This document shows, one piece after another, positions 7,146 to 17,213 of a DNA stretch of 36,380 nucleotides; positions within the stretch are counted from its first letter, which is position 1; each line of letters opens with the position of its first letter. The stretch is taken from the IMG/VR virus record IMGVR_UViG_3300049171_000069, positions 1 to 36,380 of that record. The stretch is one strand, 5' to 3'. Source of the DNA: a virus (Duplodnaviria > Caudoviricetes). The position numbers and the translations under genes are program-made. The notes beneath the pieces were generated by a model. The model worked only from the letters and a program-made list of their open reading frames with translations, was not told the DNA's origin and did not search any database.

Positions 7146-9500
7146 TCAGTAGGCGAGGCGGGTGGTGGAGTCGAGGACCGAATAGGTCGGGTCGTCGAGG
7201 ACCCACACCGAGTCGGTGTCGGACCGGGACGTGTGGAAGTCGAACTCGTGGACGCCCTCGCTGATCTCCTCCGTGTAGCCCTCCACGACGACGGACACGG
7301 TGGGCGCCTGCGCGTCGTCCGGCAGGTCGGTCACCGTGAACACGGTGGAGATGTCGGCGTCGAGCAGGGCCCGGTAGGTGGCCGTGCCGAGGGTCGACGC
7401 GATGACCGGGACCTGCCGCATCTCTGGCAGCGGGTCGGCGTACCGGATGACGGTCCAGTGCGCGGCGTCCAACACTTCGGCGTCGGTGACCTTCAGCAGC
7501 TCTGTCACCGGCGGCTGGTACGGCCCGTAGGCCGCGATGCTGTCGTCGTCCTGGACGCGCTGTGTCGCACCGCCCGGGCGCGTGGCGACCACCAGGTTCG
7601 TCAACTTCTGGTCGTCGTCGGCGAACTCCGCCTCGTCCGTCTCCAGGTCGGCGAACTCCAGCGACAGCGCCGGCACCGGGTTGTAGCGGACGGTGCGGCT
7701 CTGGAACACGAGCGCGCTGGAGCCGCGGTCGCAGAACAGCTTGCCGCCCTCGGTCCGCTCGACGTCCCGCATGTGCGACATGACGGTGTTGCCGAGCTCG
7801 CCCTGCGAGGCGACGGCGGAGAAGTCACCGGACGGCAGGACGTCGGGCACGTCGGTGTACGAGGCGAGGCGGGCGATCCGCTCCCAGCTGTCCTCGCCGG
7901 AGTGCCCGGTGGTGCCGGCCTCGTAGTGCTGGACGATGTCAAAGGTCGAGGGGATCCCGTCGTGCGCCACGTAGGCGGCGACGTGGCTGATGGTCCCGGA
8001 CCACAGGTCGTTGCCCTTGTAACCGCCGACGGAGAGGAGCCGGAGGCCGAAGAACGTTCCGGCCGCGATGGCGTACAGCACCCCGTCGACGTACACCCAG
8101 GCGCCGCCCTCGATCCACACCATGTGGTGCGTGCCGCCGTCGGCCAAGTTGGGGGTGGCCACGACGATGGTGGCCGTGTCGGAGCCGGAGAAGCGCTCGA
8201 CGATCCGGAGCTTTCCTGTGCCCGACTCGAGCCCGAACCGGATGCTGCTCTCGAACGCGGCGGCCGCGTTGTTGGACCAGACCAGCATGATGCGGCCGGT
8301 CGTGCTGGTGGAGAACCAGCACTCGAACATTTGCGTCCCGCCGCTCGGCGGTTCACCGGTCGACCCGTCGGTGGTGAGGCCGCGGATACCTAGATCCGTG
8401 TGCAGGTACTTCCCCGCCGTGGCGGACGCCGGGGTGAAGACGGGCGTGGACAGGCCGTCGGACGGCGGGCCGATGCCCTGCCCGAAGCTGATGGTGCCGC
8501 CGACCCCGGCCTGCACGATCGCCAGCGACGGGTACCCGCTGCCCGACTGCTCGCCCGCGGACACCGAGGCCTCCGGCTCCGACAGCGGGTAGTAGGCGAC
8601 CGCCCCGTCAGAGATGACCTCCTCAACGAGCATCGGCCCGAGCTGCGGCCGACGAGCCAGCAGCTTGAACATGTCGGACGCGGACACCCGGACCTCCGAG
8701 TGGAGGCCGCCCCACTTCATCGGCCACGACGTGACCATCCCGTAGAACCGGTGGTGATGCGTGGCGGCCGTGGACGACCAGGCCGTCGGGGTGCTGCCCT
8801 CCTCGACCTGCGCCTCGTCCATCCACACCTCAGCCCCGATCGTCGGCGAGGTGGTGTTCGTCGTGATGCGGAGCGTGTGGGCCGCGGCCGTCGTCGTCCA
8901 CGTCACGCTGATCCGCTGCCACTGGTCGTTCAGTGTGGACGCGCTGCCGACCGTGGTGCCGTCGATGTCGAGACGCACGGCCGGGTCTCCGGCCGGCACC
9001 CACACGTAGACGCTCGCCGTGTACGGCACTCCGATCGTGAGCCCGTACAGCGGCACCTGCATGACGCCGCCGGTACCCGAGTTGGTCCAACCGATCTTGT
9101 ACGCGAAGGTACCGCTCTTGACGTGGTCGATGTTGATGGTGGCCAGGTCCGGCTCGAGCCCGGGGGCCGCGTCCCATCCGTTGTCCGGCACCTCGAAGTC
9201 GGGCACGGCCAGATAGTTGATGCCGGGCACGACGCTGGTGATGACGCGGATCGGGCAGTTGCGGCGCACGTGCGGGTAGTACGGCGAGGCCGCGCGGCCC
9301 GGGGTGAGGGCACCGTCGTGGTTGTCGGCCAGCAGGGACAGCGTCCCTGTCTGCGTCTCCGACATCTCGTCTTCGGCGCCGCGCGTGATCCTGATGACCC
9401 CGCCGTCAGCGATCTTGACCCGCTTGGTGATGCAGGTCCACTCGATGTCCAGCGCGGTCGGCGCGTAGCCGAACCCGCATTGCACCGTCACCCTCGTCAC
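7146..9500 (-). CDS. Large tail-tip protein with carbohydrate-binding-like and LamG-like inserts
   Basis: Follows tape measure; ITRG..DE..GTLSL..DN.DG..TPG N-terminus; YTASVYVWVP/WQRISVT CBM-like and AYYPLSE/ISHVAAY LamG-like segments. Confidence 0.8.
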   Translation of the reverse strand: MTRVTVQCGFGYAPTALDIEWTCITKRVKIADGGVIRITRGAEDEMSETQTGTLSLLADNHDGALTPGRAASPYYPHVRRNCPIRVITSVVPGINYLAVPDFEVPDNGWDAAPGLEPDLATINIDHVKSGTFAYKIGWTNSGTGGVMQVPLYGLTIGVPYTASVYVWVPAGDPAVRLDIDGTTVGSASTLNDQWQRISVTWTTTAAAHTLRITTNTTSPTIGAEVWMDEAQVEEGSTPTAWSSTAATHHHRFYGMVTSWPMKWGGLHSEVRVSASDMFKLLARRPQLGPMLVEEVISDGAVAYYPLSEPEASVSAGEQSGSGYPSLAIVQAGVGGTISFGQGIGPPSDGLSTPVFTPASATAGKYLHTDLGIRGLTTDGSTGEPPSGGTQMFECWFSTSTTGRIMLVWSNNAAAAFESSIRFGLESGTGKLRIVERFSGSDTATIVVATPNLADGGTHHMVWIEGGAWVYVDGVLYAIAAGTFFGLRLLSVGGYKGNDLWSGTISHVAAYVAHDGIPSTFDIVQHYEAGTTGHSGEDSWERIARLASYTDVPDVLPSGDFSAVASQGELGNTVMSHMRDVERTEGGKLFCDRGSSALVFQSRTVRYNPVPALSLEFADLETDEAEFADDDQKLTNLVVATRPGGATQRVQDDDSIAAYGPYQPPVTELLKVTDAEVLDAAHWTVIRYADPLPEMRQVPVIASTLGTATYRALLDADISTVFTVTDLPDDAQAPTVSVVVEGYTEEISEGVHEFDFHTSRSDTDSVWVLDDPTYSVLDSTTRLAY

Positions 9501-12187
9501 TAGCCCACCTTCAGATCGACGTTGACGCCGCTGTGCCGCTTCAGCGACAGCAGCAGCTTCTGGATTTCCTTGGCGGTGGCGACGGGATCCACGGCCCCGT
9601 GCACGTCGACCTGGTAGCGGACCTGCTGCACCACGGTGGTCGACGCCGCGCGTCGGCCGACAGCCATCGGCATGGCGGCCGCCTTGCCGCCAGCCAAGGA
9701 CGCCTTGTCGAGGCGGCCCTCGTTGATGGCCCGCAGCAGCGGCAGTGCCTTGCGGGTCTCGGATGCCCGGACGACGAACTCGCCTGCGGACGCCCAGATG
9801 GGCACGCTGTCCGAGGTGCCCGTGCCCGGGCCGTGGACGAGACCACCCTTGGCCTTGAGCTGCGTACCGTGCGATCCCTTCTCGCGGGCGCCGGTGTCGC
9901 TGTACGTGTAGACCGTCTTCACGTAGGTGGTCGCGGTTGTACCGTCGACGTCGGCGAGCTTGTCCTTGGCCCGCTTGAGTGCGTCCTCGAGCTGCTTGAT
10001 GTTCGCCTTCACCGCGGCCTTGCGGGCGTCCGGGACGTTCTTCAGCTCGGCCCGGGCGTCCTTCAGCTTCTGTTCCAGGTCCCGCTTGTCCGCCCGCAGC
10101 TTGGCCGTCTTGTCTGGGGTGTTGAGGATCTGATCGGCGAGCTTGCGGGCCGCATCCGTGTCGAGGCCCATCTGCTGTGCCAGCTTCTCGAGTTGGCCCC
10201 GCCCCCGCTCGTAGACCTCGTTCGCGGCGTTCCAGGAACCGGTCTCCTCGAACTTGGCCTCCATCGCCTTCTGGGTCGCGTTGGCCAGGTCGTCGAGCGC
10301 CTGGTTGTTCGCGCGGCCCTTGGTCGTGTTGTCGTCGAGGGTGGCGCCGTTGGTCTTGAGCGACTCGGTGGCCGCATCGATCGCAGCCTCCATGCCGCGG
10401 ACTCCACCACGGGCCATGAGGTGCGCCTGGTCCAACGCGTGGATGGACTGACGCAGCCCGTCCGCCGCCAGCTTCTGGGCGTTGAGCTTGCCCTGCACCT
10501 CCTGCGCCTGCGCGCCGAATAGGCCCATGGACTGGGCGGTGAGCTTGGCCTCGAACTCGAGGTTGCCGAGAGCGGCGTCATAGCCGTCGAGCTCGCCCTT
10601 GAACTTGGCGGCCGCCTCCGGGCTCATGCTGGCGAGCATGCTCTTAAGGGCGGCTGCGGCCAGATCGGCCTTCCCGCCGGCGACCAGGTCGGCGAGCGCC
10701 TGGTCGATGCTGCCCATGGAGGCTTCGAACTCCTCCGTCGCATCGCCTGCCGCAAGGAGCTCGCCGCTGATTTCGTGGCCCCAGTTGTTGATGCTCTCGG
10801 CGACGCTCGGGTCGACCACTTTGCCAAGCTGGTCGTTCAGCTTCCCGAAGTCCTTGCCGAGCGCGTCGGCCGCGGCCCCCGTGACCTTGCCTGTACGGCC
10901 CAGCTCACCAAGGGACGTGGTGAGTTTGTCGATGTCCGGCGGCGTCGTCTTGCCCGCCTGCGAGAGCTCGCTCAGCGCGATGACGAGCAGGCCGATACCC
11001 GTGCCCGCGATGGCCACCTTCGCCGTGCGCGAGAGGGCCATCATCGCGGCGCCGGCCGCGGCGAGCGGACCGGGCGCGGCGGCGGCCGCCACGCGCATGG
11101 CGACCATCTGCGCACCGAACGCGGCGATCAGACCTCTCGCCGCGGCGAGCCCCGCGGCGGCCAGGGCGACCGCTTTCACGGCGATGGCCAGCTGCAGTAG
11201 CGCGGTAATCAGGCCCGAGGGCACCGAGGCCACCAGCTTGGCGAGGACGTTCACGACCTGGAGCAGACCGACGCCCACATCGGAGCCGGCCTTCAGCAGG
11301 TTCAGCAGTGCCTGACCGATGGAACGCATCGTCTCGCTGACGGTGGGCCCCTGCGCCCGGGCATAGTCCATGAACTGGCGCAGCCCGCCGCCGACCTCGC
11401 CGGTGTCGAGCCTGCGCAGGAAGTCGACGATGCCGTCGTTGACACGCTTGAGAGTGCCGGTCGAGAACTCGGTGAACTTCACCATCAGGCCGTCGAAGCC
11501 GGGCGACGCCATGCCGCCACCGACCATGGTGATCATCCGGTCCAGCTCGGCGGACGTCCCCTTCACCAGTGGGGTCAGCTTGGGCAGCAGGGCCGAGGTG
11601 AGCGCCAGGCCCTTGGTGAACGGGGTCAGGGTGTCCTTCGCCAGAGACTTGGACCACTCGTTGTAGGTGTCTTTCAACACGGACATCTGAGCCGCGGCGA
11701 CCCGCGCTTCGGGCGGCAGTTTCGCCAGCTGCCGTGCATACTCAGCCGAAGCCTTCGCGGCCTCTGCCGAGTTGGCACCGGACTCCTCGACCGCCTGCCG
11801 GTGCTTCTCCTCCGCCTTGACTGCCTCGCCCACGGCCGCGATCTGCGGGCCCAGCGCCGCGGTGTAGACACCGACCGCGACCGCCGCAGCACCGGTGGAC
11901 GCCACCAGCGGCGCCATCGCGGCAGCGGCAGGGATGAGCGCCGGCGCGAGGGACAGCACCGACTTGCGGAGCGCGTCGGACGCCGCGCCTGCCGAGTCCT
12001 GCGACGTCGACATGGCAGCCATACGGTCCGCGGTTGTGCTCGCCAGCCGGTTGATCGAGGCACTGCTGTTCGTCGTCGCGGCGCTGATCCGGCGGTGCAA
12101 CCGGTTCGCCGCATCACCGGCCCGGTCGAACGTGCGGGACAGCTGGTCGCGCCCCTGGAGAATGAAGTTCATCCGGCGGTCGGCCAC
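9500..12187 (-). CDS. Tape measure protein
   Basis: 895 aa, Ala/Leu-rich helical, GGLVHGPGTGTSDSV..SAGEFVV motif; follows tail chaperones. Confidence 0.92.
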   Translation of the reverse strand: MADRRMNFILQGRDQLSRTFDRAGDAANRLHRRISAATTNSSASINRLASTTADRMAAMSTSQDSAGAASDALRKSVLSLAPALIPAAAAMAPLVASTGAAAVAVGVYTAALGPQIAAVGEAVKAEEKHRQAVEESGANSAEAAKASAEYARQLAKLPPEARVAAAQMSVLKDTYNEWSKSLAKDTLTPFTKGLALTSALLPKLTPLVKGTSAELDRMITMVGGGMASPGFDGLMVKFTEFSTGTLKRVNDGIVDFLRRLDTGEVGGGLRQFMDYARAQGPTVSETMRSIGQALLNLLKAGSDVGVGLLQVVNVLAKLVASVPSGLITALLQLAIAVKAVALAAAGLAAARGLIAAFGAQMVAMRVAAAAAPGPLAAAGAAMMALSRTAKVAIAGTGIGLLVIALSELSQAGKTTPPDIDKLTTSLGELGRTGKVTGAAADALGKDFGKLNDQLGKVVDPSVAESINNWGHEISGELLAAGDATEEFEASMGSIDQALADLVAGGKADLAAAALKSMLASMSPEAAAKFKGELDGYDAALGNLEFEAKLTAQSMGLFGAQAQEVQGKLNAQKLAADGLRQSIHALDQAHLMARGGVRGMEAAIDAATESLKTNGATLDDNTTKGRANNQALDDLANATQKAMEAKFEETGSWNAANEVYERGRGQLEKLAQQMGLDTDAARKLADQILNTPDKTAKLRADKRDLEQKLKDARAELKNVPDARKAAVKANIKQLEDALKRAKDKLADVDGTTATTYVKTVYTYSDTGAREKGSHGTQLKAKGGLVHGPGTGTSDSVPIWASAGEFVVRASETRKALPLLRAINEGRLDKASLAGGKAAAMPMAVGRRAASTTVVQQVRYQVDVHGAVDPVATAKEIQKLLLSLKRHSGVNVDLKVG

Positions 12188-12189
12188 GA

Positions 12190-12821
12190 CTACTCCCTTC
12201 CTGCCTGCTGGTCTGCGAGGTCACGCTCGAGCCACCGGACGTACTGCTCGAAGTCCTCGACCAGCTGCCGGTCGACGACGTCGGCGGGCATGTTCAGGCG
12301 GCAGGCGAAGAGGCCGAGGTACTCGGCTCGCTGCTCGTCTACTCCCGGCTGTTCTCCGGCAGGGACGGCTCGCTGCTCTCCTCGAGGGCCGGCTCCGCGG
12401 CGAAGCCTTTTGGGTCCTCGGTCAGTTCCTTGATCGTGGCCTCGGCGTGCGCCGGGTCGAGGGCCATGGGCGGCAGGTCCCGCAGCGCGTGCGCGATCTG
12501 CTCGCCAGTCACGTTCGGGTCCTGCGTGGCGATGCGGACGGACTCGGTCACGTAGTTCTCGACCTCGGTCTTGTCGAGGCGGGTGACCATCTCGTCCACG
12601 CCGGGGTCGAACTCCCCGAACCGCAGGCTCGGGTTGGTGCGCTTCTTGATGACCCACACGATGCCGCGCATCGCGTCGAGGTCGTCGTCGCCCAGGCCCT
12701 CCTTGATGACCGGCCACTTCTGGTCGATGGTCCTCGAGACGATCGACACCTCGGACACCCGCAGAGAGCGCACGTCGTAGTGCTCCGGCTCCCCGCCGGC
12801 AGGGGTGTAGACGATGATCAC
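12190..12821 (-). CDS. Tail assembly chaperone, long -1 frameshifted form (lambda G-T analogue)
   Basis: Slippery CCCAAAA at 12414-12408 leads into an open -1 frame (...YLGLFACRLNMP...) ending at 12190. Confidence 0.75.
12339..12821 (-). CDS. Tail assembly chaperone, short form
   Basis: Position before tape measure; contains the slippery site at DPKG. Confidence 0.8.
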   Translation of the reverse strand: MIIVYTPAGGEPEHYDVRSLRVSEVSIVSRTIDQKWPVIKEGLGDDDLDAMRGIVWVIKKRTNPSLRFGEFDPGVDEMVTRLDKTEVENYVTESVRIATQDPNVTGEQIAHALRDLPPMALDPAHAEATIKELTEDPKGFAAEPALEESSEPSLPENSRE

Positions 12822-12833
12822 CGTGCGTTCTCC

Positions 12834-13346
12834 CTAGAGTCTGTTCTGGACGTCGTCGACCACGCGGGCGACTTCGCGTTCGATGCGCGGCATGTGGCGG
12901 GCGACCGTCTTGTCCCACCACAGCGGGGTCGTCCATTTGTTGACCCACTTCTTCTTGTTGCCGAACACCGGGTGGCGGATCCTGCCGTTCGGCTTGTTCA
13001 TGGCGCCGGGCATGTCCTGCAAGTCCGCGGGCAGGGCGGCCCGGTCGATCCACAGCCGGGCCCCGGGGGAGCCTGCGGTCCGCACCGAGAGGCGGACGGC
13101 CTGCGCGACCGTTGCCCGCAGCGGCCTGGACGTCGGGGAAGGGCCGCCCCGGGAGCCGGCCTTACGAGGCTCGGGGTTGATCGGCAGGTCCCGGATCGTG
13201 GCTTGTATGTCGGCCTTCAGCGGCTCGGCCGCGCGGCGGATCCTGCGGGTGAAGTTCGCTTTCACCTTCGGTCCGCCGGCGGCCTTCAGCTTCCGGCTCA
13301 TCTCGATGAGCTGGCCCGTCCCGATGATCTGCACACTGCGAGGCAT
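12834..13346 (-). CDS. Neck/tail completion protein (HK97 gp10-like)
   Basis: Basic protein with RIRHPVFGN motif in tail operon. Confidence 0.6.
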   Translation of the reverse strand: MPRSVQIIGTGQLIEMSRKLKAAGGPKVKANFTRRIRRAAEPLKADIQATIRDLPINPEPRKAGSRGGPSPTSRPLRATVAQAVRLSVRTAGSPGARLWIDRAALPADLQDMPGAMNKPNGRIRHPVFGNKKKWVNKWTTPLWWDKTVARHMPRIEREVARVVDDVQNRL

Positions 13347-13361
13347 GGCCGGCCTCCTCGG

Positions 13362-14348
13362 TCAGAGCGTGACGTCGGCGGACATGTACTCGATGGCCGT
13401 GGCGTTGGTGCCGTCGTAGAGGGCGGTGAAGTTGAACGTGGGCTTCACGACCTCGGGGCCCTCCACCGTCGGGGGCGAGTCGTCCACCTTGATCGCCGGG
13501 AGCTTGATGCGGAAAGTCTCGGAGAACGCGCCCTCGATGACCGAGCCGATGAACTCCCACACGAGCGACGTGGCGCCGTCCGAGGTGTGCAGGTCGTCGA
13601 CCGTGGTGGCGACGTAGTCCATCTCCAGCGATCCGCTGATCTTCGTCAGGTCGTTGAGGATCGGCTCCGCCTTCAGCGCGGACTGGTTCGCGTAGAAGCG
13701 GTCCGTCGCGGCCGGGCGCTCGATCTTGATGCTGACCTTGCGGACGCCGTCCAGCGCAGTCTCCGCGCCAAAGCTGCCCGTCTTCAGCCCCATCTGCCCG
13801 AAGTGGAAGACGGACGTGGTCGGGTACGAGGCCACAGCGAGGGTCTGCGTTTCGTCGCAGTTCCGGCCGTCGATCTCCAGCGTGCACATCAGCATGCCGC
13901 CGACCTCGCACGAGAACTCCGCAGAGATCACCTTGCAGCCGACGAACGTCTTGTCGACGACGGTGCCTGTGGTGAGCGGCACGCCCTTCTGGATGGTCAG
14001 GCTTTTGCCGAAGTTGTCGGCGAGCGTGTGGGTCTGCAGGTACGCCGTCGTGGCGCCCTGCTGCACCGGGGTGACGGTCGTACCCATCAGCGCCTGGAGA
14101 AGGATGCCGAAGCCCTTATTCGGGACCTCGAGGTCGATGCTCCCGGCGGCCTCTCGCTGAGTCACCACCCGCCGGTCCGACCGCGCCATGAGCCGACCGG
14201 CCGCGATGCCGGAGCTCGTCGCGGTGGTCTTCTTCAGGACGAGGCTCTCCTTGTTGAACTCGGGGAACTTCGTCGGCGCCACGTAGGTGCCATACGTCGT
14301 CTCGGCCGCAATGCCGATCTGTGCGCCGAGCCCGGATCCGATCGCCAT
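13362..14348 (-). CDS. Major tail tube protein
   Basis: GSGLGAQIGIAAETTYGT N-terminus, 328 aa, Thr/Gly-rich beta protein. Confidence 0.85.
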   Translation of the reverse strand: MAIGSGLGAQIGIAAETTYGTYVAPTKFPEFNKESLVLKKTTATSSGIAAGRLMARSDRRVVTQREAAGSIDLEVPNKGFGILLQALMGTTVTPVQQGATTAYLQTHTLADNFGKSLTIQKGVPLTTGTVVDKTFVGCKVISAEFSCEVGGMLMCTLEIDGRNCDETQTLAVASYPTTSVFHFGQMGLKTGSFGAETALDGVRKVSIKIERPAATDRFYANQSALKAEPILNDLTKISGSLEMDYVATTVDDLHTSDGATSLVWEFIGSVIEGAFSETFRIKLPAIKVDDSPPTVEGPEVVKPTFNFTALYDGTNATAIEYMSADVTL

Positions 14349-14351
14349 GGA

Positions 14352-14561
14352 TCAGCCCTCCTTCTGCGGCGACTTCGCCGCCGTCTTCCGGGCCGCGGCC
14401 GCGGGGGCCGCCGGCTCCTCCACCGGCTCCCACGTGCCGGGCTGGCACACGTAGCCCTCGAACCGCTCGTCAGGGACCGGCACAACCTCGTCCGGCTGGA
14501 CCTCTCGCCCGAGCTCCGGCACGGTGACCGGCTCCGGGCCGATAAGACGCACACGCGCCAT
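14352..14561 (-). CDS. Small virion-associated hypothetical protein
   Basis: AAGGAG RBS; position between tail terminator and tube genes. Confidence 0.7.
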   Translation of the reverse strand: MARVRLIGPEPVTVPELGREVQPDEVVPVPDERFEGYVCQPGTWEPVEEPAAPAAAARKTAAKSPQKEG

Positions 14562-14588
14562 GGCTGTACTCCTTGATGGATGAGGTGA

Positions 14589-15056
14589 TCAGATACGGGC
14601 GCGGCAGGACACGGTGAAGTTCAGGCCCGCCAGCGCGCCCCGGTCCTGCTCCTGAATGAGGGCGCCCGCAGTGACGTGCGACCACAGGACCGTCCCGTTC
14701 AGCGTCGGCGCCTCGGGTGCCGCGTCCGTGGCACGGAGTGCGGTCTCGACCGCGGCAACGATCTCGAACACGCGGGCGCGGCGGACAGCCATGTCCTTGT
14801 CACCCGTGCGGGACTCGGCGTAGCAGGCGATGGTGAAGTCCTCGTCCCGGGTCCGCGCGCCAGCGCTGTTGAAGTCCTGGACCAGGTCGACGGCGCTCTC
14901 GGCGTTCTGCTGCCAGCCGACGTAGATGCGGTGTCGCTCGGTCAGGTTCACGGACTCGGGGCCGTCCACGATGCGCACGTCCGCCAGGGCGGGGGCAGCG
15001 CGCAGGATCGCGAGCAGCGCGTCGACCGCGGCAGGTACACGAGAGGTAACCATCAC
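14589..15056 (-). CDS. Tail terminator-like protein
   Basis: Size, position after adaptor, SRVPAAVDAL N-terminus. Confidence 0.65.
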   Translation of the reverse strand: MMVTSRVPAAVDALLAILRAAPALADVRIVDGPESVNLTERHRIYVGWQQNAESAVDLVQDFNSAGARTRDEDFTIACYAESRTGDKDMAVRRARVFEIVAAVETALRATDAAPEAPTLNGTVLWSHVTAGALIQEQDRGALAGLNFTVSCRARI

Positions 15057-15604
15057 GCCACCCCCGGTGGGACCTTGTACGGCTCCAGCAGCTGGAGCAC
15101 GCGGTACGGGATGGCGTAGCCGAACCCGGCGATGGGCTCGGTCACCGACACGTCATCGCCGCCGCCGACCGCCCCACGGGCGGCGCCGTACTGGGTGCGC
15201 CACAGGTGCTGGAGCAGCATCGCCGCGGCGAGCTGGATGGTGGGCGGCACCGTCCCACGGCCGGCCATGTACGTCCACGTCCACAGCCCGCCATAGAACG
15301 ACGCCCCGTCCAGGCGCCGGACGATGCCGGTCGCATTGTCGACGTGGACGTCGCCGATGTCGATCGCCGTCCCGCTGGAAAGCACGGGCACGATCGACGT
15401 CAGCGACACGACCGGCACATGGGTCAGACACAGGGTGGTGGACCGGCCCTCGATGACCTCGGACACGGACCGGTTCTCGACCGGGCCGACGAAGCGTTCG
15501 ATGACCGCTGTCAGCGCGTTGATGTACGCCGTCAGCTCGGTGTCGTGGCCGGTGGTCTCGATGTCGAGCTGGGCCTTCGCCTCGTCCAGGGTCAGGAGTG
15601 CCAT
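15053..15604 (-). CDS. Head-to-tail adaptor (gp6-like)
   Basis: LLTLDEAKAQL, YMAG..VPPTIQLAA, LLEPY motifs. Confidence 0.8.
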   Translation of the reverse strand: MALLTLDEAKAQLDIETTGHDTELTAYINALTAVIERFVGPVENRSVSEVIEGRSTTLCLTHVPVVSLTSIVPVLSSGTAIDIGDVHVDNATGIVRRLDGASFYGGLWTWTYMAGRGTVPPTIQLAAAMLLQHLWRTQYGAARGAVGGGDDVSVTEPIAGFGYAIPYRVLQLLEPYKVPPGVA

Positions 15605-15614
15605 CTGCCGCTCC

Positions 15615-15848
15615 CTACTCCGTCGTGGTGGGCTTCTTGACCTGGGCCCGCTTGCGGGCGGGGACCGCCTTCTCTGCCGTGTCGGGGGCGGACGCGTTCT
15701 CCTCGGTGGCGTCCTCCGCCTCGACGGCTAGCCCGGCGGCGACCAGGTGCTCGGCCTCGTCCTTGGGTAGGTCGATGTGTCCGCCTGCTGCGGGCCAGTC
15801 GGCTCCGTTGCGGGTGCCGGACAGCGTGGCCCTCATGCGCACGCGCAT
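15615..15848 (-). CDS. Small capsid-adjacent hypothetical protein
   Basis: AAGGAG RBS before ATG 15848; DLP.DEAEHLVAAGLA motif. Confidence 0.7.
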   Translation of the reverse strand: MRVRMRATLSGTRNGADWPAAGGHIDLPKDEAEHLVAAGLAVEAEDATEENASAPDTAEKAVPARKRAQVKKPTTTE

Positions 15849-15908
15849 GGTGTTCTCCTTTCCACCGCGGCGGGGGCGGCGGTGTGCGCCACCCCCCACC
15901 GGAGGTGA

Positions 15909-17126
15909 TCAGCTCGCGCCGCCGGCGAACACCTTGATGGCGCCGGTCTGGTCGACGGTCAGGCCGTCCGCGCGGAGGATCGCGCGGAACGTCGTGAGGT
16001 CGGAGTTAAAGGCGAAGTCGTCCGACCGCTCGAACCGGATGCCGCCGGCCAGGCGGACGAAGTACTGCGAGAAGTCGCCGAACACGACGGACTTCGCCGA
16101 CAGCGCCACGGCCGCGACGGTCGGGTCGGTGTAGACGGGCTTGGCCAGCAGGGTGTCCGGGACACCGAGCTGGAGCGACGGCTGCCACAGGTACTGGCCG
16201 TTGTCGTCCTTGAGCTTCCGCGCGGCCGCCATGGTGGCGTCACGCATCAGCCAGCCACACGACGGGCTGTTGCGGTACGGGCCGATGACCGAGAAGAACA
16301 GGTCGATCAGGTCGTCCGCGGTGAACGCGCCCGAGACCGTGGTCCCGCCGGTCTTGCCGGTCGAGGCCGAGGTGACGACACCGGTCGGCTGCGAGGAGCC
16401 GGTGCCGGTGATGGCGTGCGCGCCGAACGCGTTGCCCAGCGCCCGTCCGGCCTGCATGGCGAGGTACCCCTCGAGGTCCACGCCGGAGTCGGTCAGGAGC
16501 TCGGTCGACGCCTGCACGAGGACGCCGTACTTGTAGGCGCCCAGGGTCCGCTTGGCGAACGCCGGGTCGGACTCGGAGATGGCGTTGCCCTCGGCCGTGA
16601 TCGCCGCGGTGGAGTGTGCGGTCGTGACCGGCACCTCGATGCTCTCGCCGGTCGCCGTGTTGAGCACGGTCGGGCCGGCCATCATGATGCCGGACACCTC
16701 GATGAGGTGGGCGACCAGCTGGTTGTAGAACGTCGTCGGGACGGTGTTGCCGCCCGCGGTGGCCGTGCCCTTGGTCAGGTCACGGAAGTTGACCTTGCCC
16801 TCGGGGCGGATGTCGTAGGCCCGACGCTCACCGCGCAGGAACTGCCGCAGCTCCGTGTTCTCCTCGCCGGCCTGGCGGACCTGGGTCTGCGGCTTGGCGA
16901 GCAGGGACGCGAACGCGTCGTCGGCGTCCTTGGCCCGCTGCTCCGCGTCGGCCATGTCCTTGACCCGGGCGTCGATCTTGTCGAGGTCGGCGTTCAGCGC
17001 CTGGTACTTGGCCTCCTCCTCGCCGGACAGGTCACGCTTCTCGGTCTCCGCGGTGTCGAGCAGTTCCTTGGCCTGCTCCCACACGTTGGCGCGGCGCTCT
17101 TGCAGCCGCTTGATGAGCTCGCTCAC
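15909..17126 (-). CDS. Major capsid protein, HK97 fold with N-terminal delta domain
   Basis: Coiled-coil N-terminus, GGNTVP, LKDDNGQYLWQP, VFGDFS. Confidence 0.95.
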   Translation of the reverse strand: MSELIKRLQERRANVWEQAKELLDTAETEKRDLSGEEEAKYQALNADLDKIDARVKDMADAEQRAKDADDAFASLLAKPQTQVRQAGEENTELRQFLRGERRAYDIRPEGKVNFRDLTKGTATAGGNTVPTTFYNQLVAHLIEVSGIMMAGPTVLNTATGESIEVPVTTAHSTAAITAEGNAISESDPAFAKRTLGAYKYGVLVQASTELLTDSGVDLEGYLAMQAGRALGNAFGAHAITGTGSSQPTGVVTSASTGKTGGTTVSGAFTADDLIDLFFSVIGPYRNSPSCGWLMRDATMAAARKLKDDNGQYLWQPSLQLGVPDTLLAKPVYTDPTVAAVALSAKSVVFGDFSQYFVRLAGGIRFERSDDFAFNSDLTTFRAILRADGLTVDQTGAIKVFAGGAS

Positions 17127-17213
17127 GGTGCCCTCCTGGGCATGACGAAGACACCCGCAGGCCGGTAGCCCGGGGTGCCGGATGGGTGGATGCGAGGTGG
17201 GTGTCGCCCTGCC

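Noticed and set aside
11895-14576. 893-aa plus-strand ORF and other long antisense ORFs (e.g. 18928-20619, 22477-24240)
   Set aside because: Shadow frames of GC-rich minus-strand genes; Arg/Gly-rich with no motifs
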